Assembly: GCA_035315885.1 (NCBI GenBank)
Contig: DATFXM010000194.1
Coordinates: 172,825-236,824 of the forward strand
DNA: 64,000 bases
Source of the DNA: Blastocatellia bacterium
GTDB lineage: Bacteria; Acidobacteriota; Blastocatellia; UBA7656
Reading direction: 5' to 3'
The position numbers and the translations under genes were made by a program. The notes beneath the pieces were generated by a model that did not search any database, had not been told where the DNA came from, and saw nothing but the letters and a program-made list of their open reading frames with translations. This document shows positions 37,401 through 46,443 of this stretch, in pieces (position 1 is the stretch's first letter; each line of letters begins with the position of its first letter).

Positions 37401-40400
37401 ATGTCTACCAGGACCCTCACAAATGCCCGTGGAATAGATGAAGCGTTGGCTGCGGGCCGCGCCGCGATGGAGGCGAGCCAGTTCGAAGAGGCAGCCAACC
37501 ACTTCCGCCAGGCGTTGCGCATGGGTCCGCGTCCGGGCGACGAAGAAGCTCTAATCCGCTGCGAGCTGAGCAAAGCTCTAGAAAAGCGCGCGCTGAACCG
37601 CGAACAGCTCGACGCGATAGCGAAATACGAGAAGACAACAGAATTCAGCAGACTTTCCGAGCGCTGGCAGTTGCAGGTGCTGATCCGGCTGGCGAGTGGC
37701 CTGTCGGTCAACAACGACGTTCCACGCTCAATCGCTCTGTTCAATCAAGCCATCAAAATCGCACGCGACCGGCAGGACGACTCGGCCATCGGCGCGTGCT
37801 ATTTCGGTCTGGGCCGCGCATACCGGAACCTCCTCGAAATCAGAATCGCGCGGGACCAATACGTCTCGGCACTCGAACACTATCGGCGAACGGGCGACTG
37901 GCGGAAGCTCGCCGAATCGCATTTGTACATAGGGTATATCACGGCTTACGAAGGGGACTTCCGCGGCGCTCTTCAATCGCTCAAGCAGACTCTGGCGTTG
38001 GTGGGCAATCGCGAAGAGCACGACCTGCTGGGCCGGTGCTATATGTACATGGCGATCGCTTATGACAATCTGGGTTCGACCGACAAGGCGCTCGCGTCGT
38101 GGGACAAATGTCTCAGCCATTTTGAGCGGGCCGGGAATCGCATTCACTATGCGATAAACCAGAACAATCTCGCGGTCAAACTTATCTGGCTGGGAGAATG
38201 GTCGCGCGCTGAAAGCCTCGCCAGGCAGGCGATGGAGGTACTCCGAGACTCGCCAAGCATTGCCCAATACGCTTCGGTAGTCGACACGCTGGCCCGCGTC
38301 TATGTCCTTCAAGGAAAGCTCGACGAAGCCGATCAATTGCTTGCGCACTCCCTGGAAGTTATCAATTCGATCAAGACTGGCGAGTGGGTCGAGATCAGCA
38401 CTCGCATGACCATCGGCCTCAGCTATTTGATGAAGGGTGACCCCGAAAGCGCCAAGCAGCCACTCGGGCGGGCCGTCGACATTTGCCTGCGCGGCAGTGA
38501 TCTGCATTTCGCGTCAGAGGCGCAATTGCTGCTTGCGGATTCCCTTCTCCAAACTGGAGAGGTCGCGCAAGCACGAGAGATTGTCGATTCGGTGCGCAAT
38601 TACCTGAGAGACGCACCCAACATGCTTTCGTGGGGCATGATGATGCGCATGCTTGCGAAGCTGGAGGCTGCTGAAGGCCATCTCGCCGCAGCAATTCAGT
38701 CGCTCGGGCAGAGCAGCTCGATATATACCTTGCGAAGAAATCGATACGCGTGCGCGGTCAATCGAATAGTTTTGGCGGAGCTGCTGGAGCGTCAGGGACG
38801 AATCTCCGAGGCCCTCGACGAGGTGTCGAGCGCGCTGACTACATTTGCCGAGCTCGGCGCGGCTACCGACGAAAGGAATACGCAGACCAGGCTCGATACG
38901 CTCAAGGCGCGCGCCCAGGGTGAACCCGGCGAGGCGCCCGAGCCAAAGATAGTGCTTCGGGCGCCTTCATTTGATTTGGCCTCATCTCTCGTTTCCTCAC
39001 TGGACGGCTTCATAGCTCAACGCCTCGTTCAGGCATCGGTGTCGCGTGACCTGCTGCTTCACGAGCTGGCGGCCATCATCTCCGATCTCTCGCAGAGCCG
39101 CGGAACGATTGTAGCTGAGATCGCCGGTGAGGATCAGACAGCCTTTCACAGGCTCAATCTCAAGATCGCTGCCGGCGTAGGCCTGTCGGATCGCGAAGAG
39201 GCCGAGTGCCTTGCGATGCTGGCGGAGTTGCCGGTTGCGCACTATCACACCCGTTTCGTTTATCAATTGAACGACAACCAGCAGTCTCGGTTTTTGCTCT
39301 ACATTGTTGAACCTCACGCCGAGCGATTCCTCGAAGGCAAGGTCAACATTCAACCGCTTCTCGATATCGGGGAGCTTGGCCTCGAAGCGTACGTGCTGAA
39401 AAACAAGAGCAGGCGGACCCAGGTGTTCGATCCTGCGCGATTGCTGGCCCAGGTTGAGCTGCCGGGTTTCATATGCGCGAGCCGAGCAATGAGCAACGTG
39501 CTGGAACAGATCAATAAGATCCGTTCGTCGGACGTAACGGTGCTCATCACCGGCGAATCGGGGACCGGCAAGGAACTGGTCGCTCGAGCGATTCACGCGG
39601 GCAGTTCCCGGAAGATGAACACGTTCCTGCCGTTCAATTGTTCCGCGGCGCCGCACGAAATGATCGAGAGCCAGCTTTTTGGTTTCAGAAAAGGCGCATT
39701 CACCGGTGCGGTCGCCAACAACGAAGGCATAATCCGGGCTGCCGATCGCGGGACTCTGTTTCTGGATGAAATCGGAGACCTGCCGTTAAAGCTTCAGCCA
39801 AAACTGCTGCGTTTTCTTCAAGAGGGCGAAGTACATCCACTCGGCGAGAGCCAGCCGATCAGAGTCAACGTGCGGGTGCTTGCAGCGACCAACTCAGATT
39901 TGGAACGCGCGGTGGCCGAAGGCCGCTTTCGCGAGGATCTCTTTCACAGGCTTAACGTTATTCGCATCCAGGTACCACCGCTTCGGCAGCGCCGCGAAGA
40001 GATACCGGCTTTGATCAATTACTACTTGAGTCAGTATCTTCAAGACGCTGCGAAGACCGACATAAAGCTTTCTGAGGAAGCAGTGGATCTGCTTGTGGTC
40101 TATGACTGGCCGGGGAACGTTCGGCAGTTGTGCAATGAGGTACGGCGAATTGTGGCTTACGCCGACTCCGGAAGCGTGGTCACCCCGGACGGACTGTCGG
40201 AAGAGATTGTTCGAGCGAGCCGTGAGATCGACACGACGCCGACCCCGGTTCAAAAGATAGGGACACCGGTTGCGTCATCGACCGACTCGACGCTGTCGGA
40301 AGCGGTGGAGGAGCTGGAGCGCCGGATGATTCAGGACGCGCTGAAGCGATCCAGTGGCAACATCGCACGAGCTGCCAAGGAGCTGGGCCTGTCTCGAAAG

Positions 40401-40442
40401 GGTCTGTACCTGAAGATGGACCGTCTGAACTTCGACATTTGA
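37401..40442 (+). CDS. Sigma-54-dependent transcriptional activator (bEBP). Long TPR-like and GAF-like N-terminal region. No receiver domain.
   Basis: AAA+ sigma-54 activation domain: Walker A VLITGESGTGKE, GAFTGA loop (FGFRKGAFTGA), and EGEVHPLGESQPIRVNVRVLAATN. C-terminal Fis-type HTH (NIARAAKELGLSRKGLYLKM). The N-terminal ~620 aa are helical and TPR-like. Confidence 0.85.
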   Translation: MSTRTLTNARGIDEALAAGRAAMEASQFEEAANHFRQALRMGPRPGDEEALIRCELSKALEKRALNREQLDAIAKYEKTTEFSRLSERWQLQVLIRLASGLSVNNDVPRSIALFNQAIKIARDRQDDSAIGACYFGLGRAYRNLLEIRIARDQYVSALEHYRRTGDWRKLAESHLYIGYITAYEGDFRGALQSLKQTLALVGNREEHDLLGRCYMYMAIAYDNLGSTDKALASWDKCLSHFERAGNRIHYAINQNNLAVKLIWLGEWSRAESLARQAMEVLRDSPSIAQYASVVDTLARVYVLQGKLDEADQLLAHSLEVINSIKTGEWVEISTRMTIGLSYLMKGDPESAKQPLGRAVDICLRGSDLHFASEAQLLLADSLLQTGEVAQAREIVDSVRNYLRDAPNMLSWGMMMRMLAKLEAAEGHLAAAIQSLGQSSSIYTLRRNRYACAVNRIVLAELLERQGRISEALDEVSSALTTFAELGAATDERNTQTRLDTLKARAQGEPGEAPEPKIVLRAPSFDLASSLVSSLDGFIAQRLVQASVSRDLLLHELAAIISDLSQSRGTIVAEIAGEDQTAFHRLNLKIAAGVGLSDREEAECLAMLAELPVAHYHTRFVYQLNDNQQSRFLLYIVEPHAERFLEGKVNIQPLLDIGELGLEAYVLKNKSRRTQVFDPARLLAQVELPGFICASRAMSNVLEQINKIRSSDVTVLITGESGTGKELVARAIHAGSSRKMNTFLPFNCSAAPHEMIESQLFGFRKGAFTGAVANNEGIIRAADRGTLFLDEIGDLPLKLQPKLLRFLQEGEVHPLGESQPIRVNVRVLAATNSDLERAVAEGRFREDLFHRLNVIRIQVPPLRQRREEIPALINYYLSQYLQDAAKTDIKLSEEAVDLLVVYDWPGNVRQLCNEVRRIVAYADSGSVVTPDGLSEEIVRASREIDTTPTPVQKIGTPVASSTDSTLSEAVEELERRMIQDALKRSSGNIARAAKELGLSRKGLYLKMDRLNFDI

Positions 40443-40735
40443 GTGCTGAGTGCTGAGTCTTGAGTGCTAACCCCGAGGGGGTTGCGTCCACCAGCCCAAG
40501 GTTGCCGTCCGCGGTTACCCTGGGATCCCCGAACACCTAGATCCAACCCGGAAGGGGTTGCGTCGTTGAGCACACGGTTGCCGTCCACGTCTACCCTGGG
40601 AACCCGAACACCTAGATCCAGCCCCGATGGGTTTGCGTCGTTGAGCCCACGGTGCCGTCCACGTCAACCCTGGGACGCAATCCCATCGCGGTTGTACCCC
40701 ACCACTCAGAACTCAGAACTCAGAACTTCCGAGTG
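40443..40735. repeat. Large composite palindromic element. (ctgagtg)n left arm, three diverged ~75-bp hairpin units, (actcaga)n right arm.
   Basis: tgagtgctgagtgctgagtcttgagtgc. Then aaccccgagggggttgcgtcc...ccaaggttgccgtccgcggttaccctggg... repeated three times with divergence. Then cactcagaactcagaactcagaacttcc. Confidence 0.9.
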
Positions 40736-40751
40736 TGTACCTGCTTTACAG

Positions 40752-40840
40752 GTGTGAACTCACTACACATACCAGCTTAAGTTATTGAATTTCAAACAAG
40801 AGACTCGACTCGCGCTCGGAGATGTGTAGCTAGTTCACAC
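40752..40840. promoter_or_regulatory. 19-bp inverted repeat pair. It is a candidate enhancer (UAS) for the adjacent bEBP, or MITE-like termini.
   Basis: gtgtgaactcactacacat at 40752-40770. atgtgtagctagttcacac at 40822-40840, whose reverse complement is gtgtgaactagctacacat. The pair lies ~90-180 bp upstream of the candidate -24/-12 promoter. Confidence 0.4.
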
Positions 40841-40928
40841 TTCGCTCCGCCGGTTTCGTTTGGGCATTAGCCTGCCAACTTGTTGTATTCACGAGGTCGC
40901 AACTCCAACAAAGTGGTTGCGTCGTGCA

Positions 40929-40944
40929 GGCACGGACCTTGCAC
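40929..40944 (+). promoter_or_regulatory. Candidate sigma-54 (-24/-12) promoter.
   Basis: aGGCACGgaccTTGCA. GG and GC have the exact consensus spacing of TGGCACG-N4-TTGCA. About 75 nt downstream sits an SD-preceded small ORF. Confidence 0.45.
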
Positions 40945-41027
40945 AAGTCATAGCGAAGGCAGGGCTGAGGCGATCAGGTGAGGGGTTGCCGAGGCCAGGC
41001 CGTTAAGCCCTGAAAGGAGAGACAACC

Positions 41028-41090
41028 ATGTGCAACTCAAGCTTCCACCTGAACGAAGGACGAATTCTTTGCGATGTCCAAGCGCAATAA
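41028..41090 (+). CDS. Small ORF (20 aa) with a canonical SD. It may or may not be coding.
   Basis: aaAGGAGAgacaaccATG. Peptide MCNSSFHLNEGRILCDVQAQ. Third-position GC is low for this genome. Confidence 0.25.
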   Translation: MCNSSFHLNEGRILCDVQAQ

Positions 41091-41181
41091 GAGGTAAGAA
41101 ATCGACCTTTTGTTCAGCCACCGACAGAGGTGCGAAATTAGTTAATAGTCACCTCGTCGTCAGCCAAAGGAGAAACAAAGA

Positions 41182-41265
41182 ATGGTTGCGAATGGACTCC
41201 AGGCTAAGATCGGAGTGATCTTTGATGAGGTCGGGATCGAAGAAGTAGTCGCTCCCCGTTTTTAG
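41182..41265 (+). CDS. Small ORF (27 aa) with a canonical SD. It may or may not be coding.
   Basis: aAGGAGAaacaaagaATG. Peptide MVANGLQAKIGVIFDEVGIEEVVAPRF. It is followed by the 9-bp hairpin ccgcaggcg/cgcctgcgg. Confidence 0.25.
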   Translation: MVANGLQAKIGVIFDEVGIEEVVAPRF

Positions 41266-41879
41266 GACCTCTGAAGCATCAGCACGAGTTCGTAGGCACC
41301 GCAGGCGTGGTGAGGGACCCGCCTGCGGCGGCCTCGTTCTCTGCAATGGCCGCACGAATTGAAAGAAAGACGAGCGCTGGGCTCGACTGTCCTGCATTTG
41401 TCGAGCTCAGCCCCCTAATCAAAGAATCGGCCTCGCGAGACACTCCCGACGGCGCCCAAGACAAAATCGCCCCGGTCGCCGAATTCGAACACCGGGCCAC
41501 AACTCGAATCTAGCGCGAATCGGCACCGAGTCAGACGTGTGCTCGAAATCACGTCCGGTGGTTCGCCTTAACAACAGCGAACACCCGTGCCGTCGTGGCG
41601 CATCGATGCGGCTCGGCAAAAATATTCACCGACTATTCAGTACGTACTGATGCGATATAAGTCGCACTCGGCGCTGGGCTGTTTGAGTGCCCGAGGTTTG
41701 AATCTGCGCCCTTCTTTCACGTTGTCATCGGGCGTCGCCACGAAAAGTTTGCGAGTCGGCCGCTCGCAACACCACGATGAAGTCGGGGCACAATGATTGC
41801 GAAAGATGCGCCGTGAGCTTTCAGCCGGTGCGGCTCGAGCAACTCTCCTGCCGAGGGCACCGCACCGCTAAGGCTCACG

Positions 41880-42545
41880 AACTTGTTGAGTGCTGAGTGC
41901 TGAGTGCTGAGTGCTGAGTGCTGAGTGCTGAGTGCTGAGTGCTGAGTGCTGAGTGCCAAGCCCGACGGAATTGCGGAAGGGCCGATCAAACCAGGTTTCC
42001 GGACGCAACCCTTTCAGGGTTGCAGAGATTTGACCAACTTGACCCAGGGTAGCCGCAGACGGCAACCCTGGGCTGGACGACGCAACCCCTTCGGGGTTCC
42101 AGAGATTTGACCAACTTGACCCAGGGTAGCCGCGGACGGCAACCCTGGGCTGGACGACGCAACCCCTTCGGGGTTCCAGAGATTTGACCAACTTGACCCA
42201 GGGTAGCCGCAGACGGCAACCCTGGGCTGGACGACGCAACCCCTTCGGGGTTGGCGCTCAGAACTCAGCATTGATAAAGCCGGCACTCACCATTTGATAA
42301 GTTCAGCACTCAGCACTCAGCACTCAGCACTCACGCTCAGCACTCACACTCGCACTCAGCACTCAGCACTCACACTCATACTCAGCGCTCACACTCACAC
42401 TCGCACTCAGCACTCAGCACTCACGCTCAACACTCGCACTCAGCACTCACGCTCAGCACTCGCACTCAGCACTCAGCACTCAGCACTCAGAACTCAGAAC
42501 TCAGCACTCAGAACTCAGAACTCAGAACTCCCCTCCTTCCCCAGA
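41880..42545. repeat. Largest composite element in the window, ~660 bp. (gagtgct)n array, then at least three inverted-orientation ~77-bp hairpin units, then a ~250-bp (cactcag)-variant heptamer microsatellite.
   Basis: About 10 copies of gagtgct at 41886-41955. The unit (gac)ccagggtagccgc(a/g)gacggcaaccctgggctggacgacgcaaccccttcggggttccagagatttgaccaactt is repeated at least three times at 41960-42250. It is the reverse complement of the 31750 unit. Heptamers cactcag/cactcac/cgctcag/aactcag run from 42300 to 42540. Confidence 0.9.
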
Positions 42546-42580
42546 AACAAGTCTTGATCTATGCTATCCACAGTTAAAGG

Positions 42581-43243
42581 ATGGCCGATATAGAAGCCAA
42601 CGAAACACTCTGTGATTGCGGCGCAAGACTCACGCCTAATCTGCGTTACTGCCTCTCTTGTTACCGCCCAGTTAAAAATCGCGATCAGATGCAGGCGCAC
42701 TTCAACGCTGCCCGAGCCGTGGACACTACCAGACGCTTCGACCCAACCACCGTTTTCCTGCCCGAAGTGCACGAAGCTCTCGCAAAACGCGCGAGACGAC
42801 GCAAACGGCTCCTCGTCGCAGGACTGATCGCGGTGTTGTTGATAGTCGCTGGTCTCTTTGCGTTCGATTCGATCCATCGCCGGCGCCAGTTGGCGGAGCG
42901 CGCACAGTCCCGGGAGAGAATGGCGCAGCGAGAACTCGCGATGTTGGCCGACGGTCTCGAGAGGTTCAAGGCTGACGTAGGCCGCTATCCGACCGAACAG
43001 GAAGGACTCGCGTCGCTCACTCGCAGGCCCTCAAAAAACTCTTCGGTCGATGTAGCGCAGGCGGGCGACTGGATGGGCCCTTACATAGAAGGCGTCTTTG
43101 AAGTCGACCCTTGGGGTAACGACTACGTCTATCGCCTGGTGGACAACGGCGCAGCTTTCGAACTGATCTCATACGGCCCTCAAGGCGACTCCGGCGCGGG
43201 TAAAGTGTTGCGCGCGGCGCCACCTCGTGAAATATTGCGTTGA
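42581..43243 (+). CDS. Zinc-ribbon plus single-TM protein with a C-terminal type II secretion GspG pseudopilin-like domain. It lacks a prepilin leader.
   Basis: N-terminal CDCG...CLSCY zinc ribbon. TM helix LLVAGLIAVLLIVAGLFAF. C-terminal GRYPTEQEGLASL...WMGPYIEG..DPWGNDYVYRL...FELISYGPQGDSGAG closely matches the GspG globular domain (RYPT.EGL...W.GPY...DPWG..Y.Y......F.L.S.G.DG). Confidence 0.7.
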   Translation: MADIEANETLCDCGARLTPNLRYCLSCYRPVKNRDQMQAHFNAARAVDTTRRFDPTTVFLPEVHEALAKRARRRKRLLVAGLIAVLLIVAGLFAFDSIHRRRQLAERAQSRERMAQRELAMLADGLERFKADVGRYPTEQEGLASLTRRPSKNSSVDVAQAGDWMGPYIEGVFEVDPWGNDYVYRLVDNGAAFELISYGPQGDSGAGKVLRAAPPREILR

Positions 43244-43391
43244 TCGTCTGAAGTGGCGACTCATCGTCGACCGCCGTTCAGAACGGCGGATCCCACGGCT
43301 GGCCTGGCACACAAAAGCGCGAAAACTTATCTCGGCTGCCGTGATCGCTTTGTAGCAAGGGCCGTCATCATGGATAATTAAGCCGAAGATA

Positions 43392-43976
43392 ATGCGAGTG
43401 ACTGATACGACAACCCGGGCTGAGGCGGGACCGGGGATCGGAACTCTTGGATCACCCCTGGCCGAACTGTCTCACAGAATAGACCGGCTCACCGCAGTTC
43501 CGACCCTTGCAGAAGTCGAGGCGTGGTTCTCCCAGCTCACAATCCGCCCTCGAGATTACGAATCCTACCGGGTTTTCACCGAACGAAAGTACGCTCGAAA
43601 TCTGATCGCTCGCAGCGAGTTTGCAGAGCTGTTGCTATTGTGTTGGCGCGCCGGCCAGCGGACTCCGATTCATGATCACGGCGGCTCAATAGGCGTTGTG
43701 ATGGTGTGTGAGGGTCTGCTCAACGAAACTATGTACGAGCGCGACGCCGACGGGCGAGTTCGTCCTTACAACACGCATCGGTGGTCCCCGGGTGGAATCA
43801 CTGGCGCGGACGTTCCCGATATTCATCAGCTGTTGAATCTTCAACCCTCGGGCCGGGACATGGTGACCCTGCATTGCTACGCACCTCCGTTATCGGTGCT
43901 GAATACTTTTTCCCTCCGGAGCACGAGGGTTGGACGTTGGCGGGAAGGTTACTTCATTGGCGGCGCCGGCATCTGA
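43392..43976 (+). CDS. Cupin-fold cysteine dioxygenase type I family protein (CDO/3-mercaptopropionate dioxygenase-like).
   Basis: Iron-binding motif TPIHDHGGSIGVVMV and a downstream HCY motif typical of bacterial CDO homologues. Confidence 0.6.
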   Translation: MRVTDTTTRAEAGPGIGTLGSPLAELSHRIDRLTAVPTLAEVEAWFSQLTIRPRDYESYRVFTERKYARNLIARSEFAELLLLCWRAGQRTPIHDHGGSIGVVMVCEGLLNETMYERDADGRVRPYNTHRWSPGGITGADVPDIHQLLNLQPSGRDMVTLHCYAPPLSVLNTFSLRSTRVGRWREGYFIGGAGI

Positions 43977-44006
43977 TCTGCAAACTCGATAAGGGAGTTT
44001 CCAATA

Positions 44007-44708
44007 ATGTTCAACAAAGTGAAGGCGCGGGCGGCCACGGGATTTTGCGCCCTGACCGCCATCCTGGTTGGCACTTTGGTGTTGACGCCGCACGGAGGAT
44101 CCTTTGCCCAATCAGGCCGGAAGATCCCCAAAAAGCCACCCGGCACTCAGCAGCAGGACTCACCGCCGCCATCCGATTCAAGCAAGTCCAAAGAAGCATC
44201 GAACGACAATCAGTCAGATAACAAGAAGCCCGCGATACCGGTGGCGGTCGTCAGCAACGTGGCTTTCGTCGGAAGTTACGATCTGCAGCTTGCCGGGCTG
44301 GTTACGGATGGAATACTCTCGCGGCTCTCTGAAACCCACGCAGTGCAGGCCAGCACCGCTGGAACGAATTTGAATCGCAAGGAGGCGAGCGACCTCGCGA
44401 AGAAATCAACCGACACTTACGTCCTGTGGTTCGAGTTGCAGGCCGACGTGATCGATAGTCGGTCCAGTATAGGTGGAGTTGATCCCAGAAGCATGTATGT
44501 TGATTTCGTAGTTTTCGCGCCGGGGAGCAACAAACAGAAGACGTCCGGTCACGTGTATCAGCGCGGGCGAGGTCAGGGCGGAATTCCTGGTAATGGACCG
44601 TCGTCCACCTGGACCGTCGAATACTCGCTTCGCAACGCCGGGCGTGAGACAGCCGACCGGCTGCTGGATGCACTGGGGTTGGCATCGCTGCCCCAGATAC
44701 CTCATTAG
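44007..44708 (+). CDS. Secreted hypothetical protein with a low-complexity Ser/Asp/Lys-rich linker.
   Basis: Signal peptide/TM AATGFCALTAILVGTLVLTPHG. No recognisable domains. Confidence 0.5.
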   Translation: MFNKVKARAATGFCALTAILVGTLVLTPHGGSFAQSGRKIPKKPPGTQQQDSPPPSDSSKSKEASNDNQSDNKKPAIPVAVVSNVAFVGSYDLQLAGLVTDGILSRLSETHAVQASTAGTNLNRKEASDLAKKSTDTYVLWFELQADVIDSRSSIGGVDPRSMYVDFVVFAPGSNKQKTSGHVYQRGRGQGGIPGNGPSSTWTVEYSLRNAGRETADRLLDALGLASLPQIPH

Positions 44709-44775
44709 ATCCTCTATTGCTGAGCGCCAACCTGCAAAACAAGACAGGCCACGAGTAGTTCGGCCGGAACACCGA

Positions 44776-46320
44776 ATGAAATACGGCTTCGTAATAGACC
44801 ATCGCAAATGCATCGGATGCCACGCCTGCACCATCGCTTGCAAGTCCGAGCATCAAGTTCCGGTGGGCTCGTTCAGGACCTGGGTCAAATACATTGAAGA
44901 GGGTTCTTACCCGGACACACGTCGCCACTTCGCGGTTCTGCGTTGCAATCATTGCGAGAATGCACCCTGCGTCACCATCTGTCCGGTCAGAGCTCTGTTC
45001 AAGCGGGACAATGGAATTGTCGATTTCGACGGCGACCGCTGCATCGGCTGCAAGGCGTGTATGCAAGCCTGTCCATACGATGCGCTGTATATAAATCCAA
45101 ATACCAATACCGCCGAGAAGTGCAACTACTGCGCGCATCGCGTCGAAAATCTGATCGAGCCGGCATGCGTGATCGTTTGTCCGGTTCAGGCAATAATCTC
45201 CGGAGACCTGGACGACCCTTCATCGCACATCTCGAGGCTCGTGGCTACTGAGTCCACGCTTGTTCGGAAACCCGAAGCCAGAACAAATCCAAAGCTCTAT
45301 TACATTGAAGCAAGCGATACGGCGCTGCGGCCGGCCGAGCAATCGCACGCCGGAGGATACATCTGGTCCGAAATCCAGATGGACGCGATTGCTCGTGATG
45401 CTCAGGCGCTGGCTGCCTCCGAAGCGAAGGCCCGCACCACCTACGACGTTTCGCACGACCGGCCGTGGGGATGGAAGGTCTCGGCTTATCTCTGGACCAA
45501 GTCGATCTCGGCCGGCGCGTTTCTGCTTGCGGCGATAGCGATACTGTTCGGATACGTTCGCGGTCAGAATTGGCTGTTCAACAGCGCGGCACCTCAGGTC
45601 GCGCTGGTGTTTCTTGGTCTGACACTCTTTCTATTGATCGCGGACCTTAAGCGTCCCGAAAGGTTTCTGAGAATCCTGCTTTGGCCGCAATGGAAGTCAT
45701 GGCTTGTGGTTGGAGGGTACATACTGCTGGCCTACGGAGCGATCGCCGGCGGGTGGCTCCTGCTTCAGTGGTTTACTACCGATGCCGACCTGGACGCGGC
45801 GGTCGTCGGCGTTGGCGGAGTTGTTGCAGCGGCTGCTGCGGTGTACTCGGCATTTCTCTTTCGCCAGGCGCGGGGCCGGGTATTTTGGCACAGCCCCATC
45901 GTTGCATTTCATTTGTTTGTTCAGGCGTTGTTGGCCGGCGCGGCCGCGCTTATGGTAGTACTCGCGGTCGATTCTGCCCTCGAAGGGAATCTGCTCTTCG
46001 GCTCGAGCTATGTCTTCTTGCAATACGAACTGGCGGGAAGCCTCGTCGCTCATCTCATACTGATGACTGGCGAAGTATTCATGCCGGAAGAGAGCGCCGA
46101 ACGAAAACGAGCCGCGCGGTTGATAAGCCACGGCATATTTGCCTGGAGATTTTGGTTGGGCTGCGTGGTCATCGGCGGGTTGATTCCGTTGGCGATGGCC
46201 ATCAGAGGCTTCGAACAGATGCCCGCAGTGGCGATCCCCGCTTGTGTTGCCGCCCTCGCGGGGCTGCTGCTCTGGGAACATATCTGGGTACAGGCGGGAC
46301 AGGCGGTCCCGCTTAGCTGA
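44776..46320 (+). CDS. 4Fe-4S ferredoxin-type subunit (PsrB/NrfC/DmsB-like) fused to an ~8-TM NrfD/PsrC-like membrane anchor.
   Basis: Start at MKYGFVIDHRKCIGCHACTIAC. Four Cys clusters (CIGCHAC..C, CNHCENAPC..C, CIGCKACMQACP, CNYCAHR...C). The C-terminal ~270 aa carry about 8 hydrophobic helices. Confidence 0.75.
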   Translation: MKYGFVIDHRKCIGCHACTIACKSEHQVPVGSFRTWVKYIEEGSYPDTRRHFAVLRCNHCENAPCVTICPVRALFKRDNGIVDFDGDRCIGCKACMQACPYDALYINPNTNTAEKCNYCAHRVENLIEPACVIVCPVQAIISGDLDDPSSHISRLVATESTLVRKPEARTNPKLYYIEASDTALRPAEQSHAGGYIWSEIQMDAIARDAQALAASEAKARTTYDVSHDRPWGWKVSAYLWTKSISAGAFLLAAIAILFGYVRGQNWLFNSAAPQVALVFLGLTLFLLIADLKRPERFLRILLWPQWKSWLVVGGYILLAYGAIAGGWLLLQWFTTDADLDAAVVGVGGVVAAAAAVYSAFLFRQARGRVFWHSPIVAFHLFVQALLAGAAALMVVLAVDSALEGNLLFGSSYVFLQYELAGSLVAHLILMTGEVFMPEESAERKRAARLISHGIFAWRFWLGCVVIGGLIPLAMAIRGFEQMPAVAIPACVAALAGLLLWEHIWVQAGQAVPLS

Positions 46321-46443
46321 TTCAGAACGCAAGATTTTCTGGTTAGAGGATTCGAGTTAGAGGATTCGAGTGGACCGCATCAGCCAATATGAAGTGCGCG
46401 AGTTATACAGTGCGCCGGATAGAAAGCGGACTCACGACCAACA

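Noticed and set aside
40740-41880. Search for tRNA, tmRNA, RNase P or SRP RNA in the non-coding island and elsewhere.
   Set aside because: I saw no GGTTCGAATCC-type T-loops with acceptor stems and no tmRNA tag-peptide frame. No conserved RNase P or SRP motifs were recognisable by eye. I cannot exclude a novel sRNA.
42290-42545. Possible CRISPR array.
   Set aside because: The repeat unit is 7 bp with no unique spacers. It is a microsatellite that forms the arm of a palindrome, and there are no cas genes.
41868-42557. ORFs encoding HSALSTQHSALSTQ... and similar low-complexity peptides.
   Set aside because: They are translations of the heptamer microsatellite and palindromic units, not genes.
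43300-43330. Possible second sigma-54 promoter, ctGGCACAcaaaaGCG.
   Set aside because: The GG-to-GC spacing is one nt short of the strict -24/-12 geometry.
44593-44775. Upstream 61-codon extension of the FeS/NrfD ORF.
   Set aside because: It overlaps the preceding gene's 3' end. The conserved ferredoxin N-terminus begins at MKYGFVID (44776).
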